Positions 1 to 64,000 of a stretch of DNA of 64,000 bases are shown here, piece by piece. The notes under the pieces were generated by a model that was not told where the DNA came from, did not search any database, and saw only the letters and a program-made list of their open reading frames with translations. Each line of letters opens with the position of its first letter. Position 1 is the first letter of the stretch. A program made the position numbers and the translations under genes. The DNA comes from Bugula neritina (taxonomy: Eukaryota > Animalia > Bryozoa): assembly GCA_964035545.1 (NCBI GenBank), contig OZ037770.1, positions 13,444,642 through 13,508,641 on the forward strand, written 5' to 3'.

Positions 1-9902
<9,902 letters not shown>

Positions 9903-11035
9903 TTCGAGTTTGGAGAAGTTACTCAAAGCTGCCATTACACAACGAAAAGAAAACAAGTTCCCTCTTGCTCAGCAGTCTTCAGTATGTGTGGGGAGAAAGC
10001 TACCTCTCTTTCTTCATTATTGATTATTGAACCAAACATCAATATTTCTATTTATGCAAAATTCTTGTTTATGATCACAAAAAAAAACACCACAAAGATG
10101 AACTTGCATGGCTTTGCATACATTGTTTTTGCATAATATTTATTGATTTGCAATGGTGCCACTAGCTCATGCTTAAGATTGAAATGATACTAATTGATAA
10201 TTGCAAAGATAATTAGCTTTTGTATTAAAGCTGCCATTCAGTGGTATTTCAATATCATATTAATAGTTTTTATTTATTTGTTGCTTTTTTAAAGTTATTT
10301 ATCCTTTTCTTTTGTTTATTTATTTCATTTTTATTTAAAATCACTCAATTGCTACATATTGCTAAGGTGCTATACAGATTAAACGTAATTTTCTTGCAAA
10401 ATGAAATAAAACTCTGCTACAAGGTAGAGCAACCCGGTACATGCACATCTTTCCAGCAAAAATAAAACATGAATAGCTACTTGTAGCTTTGCCAATTCTA
10501 AACATCTTTTGTTGCAAATATTACTCACTAAACTTTCAATAATGCCCTAAAAGCGCTAAAAGTAGACTCACTAAAGAATTTGTGGTCAGAAAGATTGCAG
10601 TAACATGTTGATTGCATGAAATCAACACATAATTTCCATATTTTACTCTTACCACTGTGAGCACATTCATGTTAGCAGTTCCATGTTTGAATTTTGACTT
10701 AAAGATAATATATTTAGCAATACATATTTTTCTAAAATACAACCAAATTTCCTTCAAGTTTAAAACAAACATTTAATAACATATAGTTCTGGCTGCACAA
10801 AACTTTGCTTTCAATGCTCACGCACTGGCAAACAATTTGAGGTCAGGGATGAAACGAAATCAATACATATCACGTTTGCTTGGTTCAGAATTGATTAAAT
10901 ATATTCTCAAAGAGATAAAAGAACCAGCCTGGTCATCTGAACAATAAGGTTGACGTCAGTTTATTGATCTATCATCTAGAAGAGACAAACGATGGGCATC
11001 AGCCAGAATAGCTAAATAGACCAGTCTGCAAAACA
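9903..11035. promoter_or_regulatory. Head-to-head intergenic region of genes 1 and 2 (candidate bidirectional promoter); perfect CRE palindrome TGACGTCA at 10951-10958
   Basis: Divergent ATGs at 9902 (-) and 11036 (+), 1.13 kb apart. The motif is seen directly; its function is inferred. Confidence 0.45.
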
Positions 11036-26769
<15,734 letters not shown>

Positions 26770-28827
26770 TCAAGTGGTGGTACTGAACATTTTAATAAAT
26801 TATTTTCTTTTTGCTACAGTGCTACAGATACGCTTTGGTAATATTTAGCACTTCTAAACTGCATAAAGATGCAAACTAATATTATTTTCTTTGTGGTTGA
26901 ATGCTTTCAAAGATCTATTTGAACAAAAAAGTTCATTTCAGTCGTCAATAACAACTGGATTACACTCTAAATCAAAATTTAAGTTAATAAAATCAATAAA
27001 TGTTCGTGCAATTCGCAAATGTTTCTTTTGTTGTTATTTTAGCTTTGCTGCCAGTTTTATACAATTATTAAATAATAAGTGTTCCTAAAAAATGCCAACT
27101 GCTTCTTATAGATCTATTTTACTTTTGATAAAGAACTAATGAATATGAAACAATAAAGTATAAAGAATATTTAACAAAGTTCTTTTTATCAAAATAACAC
27201 CATGTTACTTACATTTCTTAGATTTTTTATTATGTAATGATTCATTTTCATCTCTGCATTCTCAAACTGTTATGTATGTCTGCTATTGAATTTTGAACTC
27301 TTTGACTTATCTAAATCACGAGTGCAATTCTAACCTCACTTTCTTATTTTCTTTTTATTTTTCTTGTGCAACTTTTTATTTATATGACAAAAAAGCAGTT
27401 TTTTCAGCTTTCTCATCACTTTTATTATAATAAACGGCTTATATATGCAACAGATGTCTCGAGCATTTCTGAACTAGCTATAAGGCGCTTTAGGTATTCA
27501 GTTTTGTGTAGAAGATGATCGTATATACTGTTAAGAAGTTGGCATTTAATATGCTACGCATTTTTTTTAATTATAGTTGGCTATATTTTTATTTTCAACT
27601 CCTACTTTGCTTAAGCTGATTTAAGCTGATTGAAGTAAAAAGAAGACCTGAAATGAATAGACAAAATCTTTATTCAGTTTGAGAAATGCTTGGCTGAAAA
27701 GATTGAATTAAATTACGAATTTACATTTCTTTCATGTTACAAGTAATTAGGACAAAAGTGTGTAAATGTTATGTTACTACTTAAACAATGTTCTTTTCTG
27801 TACAGGGCTACAAGCAAAAGCAGAGTTGTAAAATGACAAGTGCAACTAACTTATTACTCGAAAACACACAAAAGTGAATGCTGGGGACTCCCACTCAGTT
27901 GATAGTGTTATAGTGTTATAGCCATGCATAGTTGTTGCTCTCTGTTTTTCACTACGAGACTTGTCTTCTCTCGTGTAACTGTTTAAATCCATTTGCTTTA
28001 TGTAGCGTTGAGTTTACCCAGTAGCCCCTCTAGAGGTCTGCAGTTGGAATTTCAGTGAGGGCAAACATTTTATATTTTAATTACTTTACTCTAATTTGTA
28101 ACAAATATATTTTCTAGTTTACACAGTGGATTTCATCTTTCGTTTCTAAAGTAACTTTTGGCATGCAGAAAATAGGTGAAATAGTGTAGTGAATTTCCCA
28201 ATTCACTATATTATGTGGGTCTACTTATACAAAGCTACTTCACCAGGTTGATCACGTTATATAGAATTTATTATTTACAAAAGATACAATAAATGAAACT
28301 ATACTAAACTGATTACACGATTACATAATACGGAGCACTCTATACACAACTACTCTATGCCAAGCCCCAATAAGCTGCTCTGCCCGGCTAGCTGCCTAGC
28401 GTGCTTCCACTATACGTAGCTAGCTCCACCTGATATTAATTAGCAGTCACTCCTGATTGGCTAGCATTAGTGGTGCCACTGTCGACCAAAAGATGCTGTC
28501 GGCTGGGTAAGATGTGTAGACCTCCACAATAACATGACATAGAGTCGACCCTTTCGATATATAAACTAAATTACTAATTACATTATTAAAATCCACTACA
28601 ATGGTGATGGTGAGTTGTCACATGCACAATATTTCTTTATCTCATCATATAATCAATAAGCAAAACACTATAGTGCCACCTCTTACTCTTAGTGACAATC
28701 AAACAGATCGACAACACTTATTATTCTAACAATGATAATTATTGATGATTTATTGATTTCTGTTCTCAAAGAAATGAATACAGTGTTCTGTGGAATTATA
28801 TCAACTGAGCTAGCTCATGAAGAAAGA

Positions 28828-47101
<18,274 letters not shown>

Positions 47102-49319
47102 TCAAGTGGTGGTACTGAACATTCTAACAAATTATTTTCTTTTTGTGGTACAGATAAACTTGGGTATTGTTTAGCACTTCTAACTTGAAAACTAAATTGT
47201 TTTTTGTGGTTGAACGCTGTTATAAAGTCTGGAACTGAAAAAAATTCATTATCAATAATTGATTTTATTTCAGAGCAAAATTTAAATAGATTTAGCACTA
47301 AATTTTATTGATTTGATAGTGGCTGCCAATAGTTATTGGCAGCATACATCAACTATGGTAATCATTAATAAAATATATATTATATTATTAGTTTTATGTT
47401 TTCTTGACAGGCGATGTTTAGACCATTGTCATTTTTTATTAAATAGATTTTAAAATTATATTTTTCGATTTTCATGTTTTTCTGTTCAATCAATACTGTT
47501 ACTATAAGTCCCTATGTATAAATATTTGCTGAAAAACACTAATAAAATAAGCCTCTGTCTTTTTAAAACTTTTACCGTTTTTTCCCATTTGCATACATGC
47601 AGCAGCTACAAGCATAACTTTGTTCATTCTTCCTATATTATATGTTCACAATGAAGTTAATACTGCAACCTTAATAATCCAAGAAGTCTGTAATGTTTAG
47701 TTTACTTACTGGTCTTTATCTTTCAAGCAGAAGGTTGTAGGTTTTCAATCCAAGTGGGGACATCTGTTTAGAGTTTTTTATTACCTCAGTTCCCAGTTTT
47801 GGATTTTTCTACTCATAACTGAGCTTGTGTTAAACCCGTATTTCATTAACAAATTTGTTAAAATTGCTTTTAATATTTCAAATTGATTTCTAATCAATTG
47901 CAAAAAACAAACACAAGTTACTTCAATGAGTGCTTATGTTACATAGCTTTATTTTAATTTATTTGGGGTTCAATTCGTTTTGGTCCAGAAATACTATTCT
48001 AAAATTTTGTGTTTTCAATTCACCCACTGTCATCTGTGAAAAAGCCTAGTTAATTAGTGTGCATGTACCCTCGGCAATTCTGCAAGGTATATTCTAAAAA
48101 ATGACAGCTCAACAAAGACTATCTGATTATATAGTAATTATCACACATCCTGTAAGTAGCTTCAACTCTCAAGTTAAGTTCTGGTTTAGGATAAATGATG
48201 TCATTGGTGTTAACTAAAACAATTCAATGCCATTTATAAGCATGTGCTGATGTTAGTCTTAAGTAAAGAGGTCATGACCTCAAACAAACATAATCTTAGA
48301 ACCATCAGACAAAGAAAGGAAAGCCATTAACAAGACCCTCATTTCTGACTCAACTTCCAACTTCCAGAAAATTTGTTTTCTTCGGGGAAGGGGGGGGGGA
48401 GGAGGCAGGTTTAAATTCATTCTTTTTATTTCTTAGTTTTATTCTTTTTCTATAAGTGTACACAGAATTCCAGTCATCTCAGTTTTTCCTTACAACAGTT
48501 GTTAATTACATAAAACATCAAATAAACTGCATTTATGTCATTTTTTATGTAAAAATATATTTTGATTTTTTAAAAATATATATAGCAGCCAATAAAAGTT
48601 ACTAACAAAGTTTCATTGTATGTATTTGAATATTTTAAATCTCTATGTTATAAAAAAAGTGTTTGCTATTAATCACAGGGGGTAGTTAATTCATGAGTTT
48701 ATAGTGTTTTAGTTGCGGACATTTTGTGGTCAAGAACCTTGTAAATAATTACATCACAAAATTATGTTTTGGTGCTCAATTGTCTTTTTGAAATAGTTAA
48801 AAGCAAGAATTATTAAAATATATTGTGATGACGAATAGCTTAAATAAATAGAAATCATTCTCCTTAACACGTAAATGCTCGATAGATAATATAATTTCAG
48901 CAACTTTATGTGTTATAAATCTTGTATTTAAATATTCATTCTGCTAGTATAATTTGTATCTACAAGTTTCAATATAAATGACACATGCAAGTAAGTTATG
49001 TGGGAAGGACTCTCAATTGTTTAAGCTTTAAGAGCAAACTATTCTTACTATTTGTTATCTTATCAGTTGTTTGGTTTTAAATGAGAACAGTGGTTTATAT
49101 AGTGTCATTAGCTTATTGTTGGTAAAATTGTTTATCATAAGCATTTTTTCAATATCTTTCAATATAATTTTTGTCCATTGATTTTGTTCCTGAGATCTAG
49201 CACTAAACAATGTGCTAGCCTTCCATCAGTGTATTTTGTGTTCTGTTTTTTCAACATTACTTCGCTATTTACTGTTTTTCATTGAAGGCAGTAGAAAGCC
49301 ACTTCTGCCCATTAGGTGA

Positions 49320-59491
<10,172 letters not shown>

Positions 59492-60490
59492 GAGCACTTT
59501 TGTTTATTAAAGAGTGCTTTTAAGAAACTAATCAACAAAATATAAGAAATTTTAAAGCATATTTCATTGTTTCAAATTATTTGCTAAATAATTGTTAGCA
59601 ATAACGTAAAAAGCTTACAGTTAAAACCATTACGTTGCAGGTCTATACACATACATTTATATAGGCCTGCAATATCTTACTATTACTCAAATCTCCCCCT
59701 CCCGCCTCCCAGTGCATGATTAGCCATTACTCATTATGTATACTTTAAATTGGAGTTGGCAGAATGTAAAAAAAACATCTTTTAATTGGTAAAACTTAGA
59801 TTTTACCTGTAAAATCACTTTTTTAGGATTTGGTTGCAGTTCTCCAATACTGGAGCATTTAATAAAATGTATTAAAATTTTACAAATTGCATAAAGTTTC
59901 AAAAAGAATATAAATGTTGCATTTTAAAAATTTATATTTTATCGCTGTAACTTGGTAGGTATGTACACTGTATTTGCATTAGTACTTGCATTTAAAATTC
60001 AAATTCTATAATTATTTTCTGTCATATATCATATTATTCATACTATATTATATTATAATATGTGATGCTACGTTATATTTTAGCTACTATATGCAAATGT
60101 TATGTTATTTTATGTTTTATTATTTCATGTTGTATTATATTATAATATTACTATAATTATTATTAAATGCTTTATTTAGTGTTTGTGATATCTAAGGAAT
60201 TGTTAATAATTAGGGGAATAACTAAGATATTTTAGTACAAATTATTTTTATTCCCACTTTGAAAAGAAGCCGGAATTTTGTTTTATAATGTGCTTTAGCT
60301 TTCAACTATTATTTACTTTTGTTTTTACTTCTATTTGGCAAAATTCTCAAACTTTAGTTACATTGCTGATCATTTTTGTCAATAGTAACACTATAAACTC
60401 TGATAAGAGAAGAGAAATGAAAATAGTTTTATCCCAAAGTTATGTAATCAATTTGTGACTTTTTATACACCAAAGGATTTAGAACTTGCT

Positions 60491-60565
60491 TGTCACATGT
60501 TTACCTGCATGTCACATGTTTACCTGCATGTCACATGTTTACCTGCATGTCACATGTTTACCTGC
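60491..60565 (+). repeat. 4 x 19-bp tandem repeat TGTCACATGTTTACCTGCA upstream of the GPCR
   Basis: Seen directly, 220-290 bp 5' of ATG 60784. Confidence 0.9.
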
Positions 60566-60783
60566 GGTCTCTGACCGGCATGCAATATGCAATTATAAAA
60601 ACAGCAGCAGCTAAACTGGTTGTTTAATGCACGCGGGCAACTTTTTGAGCTTTTGCCAATATCAGAATATATAATTTAAAAACACAACTAGTAGTTTTTA
60701 AATCAATACTCAGCATTTCTTAAAACAGTATAACTGTGGAATAAATTTCACATCATTCTTTATCTGCAAATCAGAAAGGAAGC

Positions 60784-61743
60784 ATGGAAAGCAGTATTCT
60801 TTGCAACGGTACAACCGAACTTTGCTTCAACTATGCTAAGTCGACAGCATACGTATCTGTCAGCACCATTAGTATTGCTATAAACATTTTCAACCTATTT
60901 GTTCTCAACACTATCGAAAGGTCAAAGCGAACGCCCTCCTTTTGGATAATCATAAATATTGGCATCTCTGATATAGCGGCAAGTGCAGCTTACGTCGTTC
61001 TCATAAGCTGCGAGTTGAACCAACGAGTCGCAAACTTATCATTCAGAGATGCTCAGCGATTTCAAATTTTTGCTTGGACATTTGCTTTGGCTACGTTGGC
61101 AGCCCGTAAACTTATCCTAGCGATTGGCAGCTATGAGCGCTACGTATCTATTTGTCTGCCAATGAAAGCCAGCTCCAATAAGATCCTCAACAATATGGGA
61201 CTGTGTGTTGGTGTAGTGTGGGTCGCCTGCTTTGGGATTAATGCTGCGTGTGCTGCTACCAGCGTCGAAGGATACTGTTTTGGAGAATTCGGTTCAATGC
61301 CAACCATCCCGAACTATCAAACGACAGTGGTTTTTGCAGTCTTCATCACAATAACTTCTTTTATTTGCGCGTATTGTCTAATAAAGGCATGGGGAGAGTT
61401 GAAGCAAATGCGACTTCGAAATACAAGAGGAAGAAGTGATTTGATGATACGCAGGTCCGCTCAATACATCATGATAATCTGTGTAATGTATTATTTCTCG
61501 TACATCCCGACCTTTATGGCTGCCATATTTGCTGTTATTGAAAGTGTGCCAGAAGCGGTAAACTCTGTGACGAGATGGTTTGCGCTGTTCTATCAAGCCT
61601 TTTACGGGACCCTCAACATATTAGCATATGCGTACATGACCCCGGGCTATTGGCAACAGATACGGAAACTTTTCAAGATCAACAAAACCCACCCAGACGT
61701 GGCTCCTAACACTCTTCCACTGACCAGCACAACTAGTGACTAA
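60784..61743 (+). CDS. Intronless rhodopsin-like (class A) G protein-coupled receptor, 319 aa
   Basis: Seven hydrophobic segments; TM1 Asn (IAINIFN), TM2 'IGISD', TM3 'SYERYVSIC' (E/DRY), TM4 Trp, TM6 'FSYIP', TM7 'LNILAY'; N-terminal NGT sequon. Confidence 0.9.
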   Translation: MESSILCNGTTELCFNYAKSTAYVSVSTISIAINIFNLFVLNTIERSKRTPSFWIIINIGISDIAASAAYVVLISCELNQRVANLSFRDAQRFQIFAWTFALATLAARKLILAIGSYERYVSICLPMKASSNKILNNMGLCVGVVWVACFGINAACAATSVEGYCFGEFGSMPTIPNYQTTVVFAVFITITSFICAYCLIKAWGELKQMRLRNTRGRSDLMIRRSAQYIMIICVMYYFSYIPTFMAAIFAVIESVPEAVNSVTRWFALFYQAFYGTLNILAYAYMTPGYWQQIRKLFKINKTHPDVAPNTLPLTSTTSD

Positions 61744-63852
61744 GAATAGACAGGTTTATATAACAGGTTTTAAAGTTCCACTTCTTTTTAGTGTGTTTAT
61801 GTTGTATATATGAGAAACACTTAATATAAACTTAATCTTCTTAGTTTTAACTTTTGAAACGAACCCTTTATATTTGTTTTATTGTTTTTTCGTAGTTGAA
61901 AACCATAAATAATATGATTTGTGCTTTTTATGTGCTTTAAAATCTATAAATATTGTGTATATGATTTATCATTTTGAATATATGTTTACTGTATTTTTAA
62001 TTTTGAATATATTTTATTATAAAATTGTTAGTAAAAAGATCATTTTTAAGTTGAATATCTAAAACTGATAAAAAAAACTGTTGTGATGTAATAAGTTTAA
62101 TAAGTTTAATAAAAAATAAACAAAAACTATGTAATAAATAAATAAGGAAACAATAGCTTAACAATAGCTAAAATAGATAAACAAATAAACAAATAAATAC
62201 AAGGAAAAATATATATAACACAAAGTGCTAAAATGTAAAGTACTATATATAATAAACTAAATGTGAAAAATAATCATTTTCCCTCAAGCAATTGTAAGCT
62301 CAGAGATAGAAAATTTTCAAAAAAAAAATTCCCATTAAAATACATCGTTATATATTGAAGTGAAGTAATTTGTTAATTTGTTGCTCCCATTTAATATATT
62401 GAACATGAAAATGTATGATTGTAAACAATTTTTTAGTTTACTGCTTTACTTTTTTCATTAATTATTTATAAGTAAATCTTTTAAATTAGTCCTGTCTTAA
62501 GCTTTAAAGTGTAGCCAAAAAATTAAATTATATTAAAAAAAAATTGTGTTTTCACTGCCAAATGTTTTTAATTTATGCATTTATTTCTAATAAATCATCA
62601 AAATAAAAAATCAGCAATGCTTTCATACAATTTGCTCTCAATTGCACAAGTCTTTTCACTAAATCAAGTTTTTTAGGCAAATATAGCAAAATAATTACAT
62701 GTTTGTATTGCAAGAAATATTTTTCTCTACTTCTTTGTAGGACATAAATGTTACAGTTACAACTGTTTGGCCTAGCTCACTGTAACAAACTTTGAATGGT
62801 AATGACTCTGCTCATTGACGTTAGGCCTTCGATATAAATTGATAATTACAGTTAAGATTCTCTAATATTAAGACATTATAAAGAAAGCATACTGAGGAGT
62901 ACCTATATCAATACATGTAGATTGTAATTTTTGCGAGTTGTTAGCAGATATCAACTTGCTGAACAAACACTATCAAAATTGTTTAAGGTAAGTTATAAGC
63001 ATCAATTGTGATGTTTTTATACAGTTATTGAGAATAGTATACATTTATTTTGCAATTTGAAACAATTTATAACATGCTAGTAAAGCTATTGGTAAATATA
63101 ATTGGTCACTAGAGCAATTATTACGTATTGTATGTGGCAGGTAACATTGCAGCAGGTTATTGTCAGGCAGGCAGGCTTTTACTTTCAGAGAGGTAACTTT
63201 TTAGATGCTTTGTGATCAACTTATTGTGTACTCATACAAATAATCTAAACATATAAATAAACTAGACATAGCTGTAGCAGCAGAAAGAACTATTTTACAT
63301 AGCCAGCTATGATTTGCAAAGTCAACACATGTAATTAAGTTTATTAAACGTCTGCGTAGCTCTACATTGATATTATTTTTTGCCTAGTCATTGATTTTGC
63401 ATGTTGATTATGTTAAAAACTAATTCCCTAGCTATTATTAGAATATAATAATATGTTGTAGAATATTTATATCTTGGAGATTAATTACATGCTTAGAACG
63501 AGTACGTAAGGCCGTATAGGCAACCTGCAGTCTGCTGCCACGTGGAATATCTATCAAACTGACCTCTGGTTGTACGACTCACACCCTCTGATGTGTTTAT
63601 AAACTTTCAACAGAATATTTGCTAGTAAATGAAACTACTCTTCAACGCAATATACGGTTTTTCTGTACTAAAAGTCAATTTATATATCTAACTAACAAAG
63701 GAATTTTCTATAGATTTTTGTTTTATGTTCAAAAGTTGTGGTGTGGGAAAATTTAATCTTAATCATTTCCAGTCAATTTCTCAAAAAGTAGGTATTTGCT
63801 TTTGCATTTTTGTAATTCTAATATTTGGTTTAACTTCTGAAGATTATATATA

Positions 63853-63967
<115 letters not shown>

Positions 63968-64000
63968 TATATATATAATTATATATACATATGAAATTTT

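Noticed and set aside
10851-10859. GAAACGAAA as an IRF/ISRE site in the shared promoter
   Set aside because: Short, non-canonical spacing, and expected by chance in AT-rich DNA.

Overview
AT-rich, intron-containing animal (invertebrate-like) genomic DNA, not prokaryotic. Bases 1-47101 hold three paralogous secreted-protein genes: gene 1 on the minus strand running off the window start, and genes 2 and 3 on the plus strand. Each has a signal-peptide exon, a PAN/apple-like + Thr-rich exon, then 4-6 tandem copies of a phase-1 symmetric three-exon cassette (116+82+234 nt = 144 aa). The cassette encodes a non-canonical F-type-lectin/F5-8C-like domain. All 15 cassettes (one cut by the window edge) keep their frame and GT-AG sites and are highly similar, while the N-terminal exons are strongly diverged. 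The cassette introns carry many hammerhead ribozyme motifs: a 271-bp tandem retrozyme-like array, Penelope-like element fragments, and an old head-to-head hammerhead palindrome copied along with the cassette. They also carry nested DNA transposons (IS3EU-like, hAT-like foldback, 3-bp-TSD elements, Tc1) and an RTE LINE. Downstream lie a minus-strand multi-exon single-pass receptor-like gene (F-type-lectin-like + FN3-like + TM + Tyr-rich/basic tail; exon chain only partly resolved) and an intronless class A GPCR. Domain names come from motif recognition by eye, not database searches.
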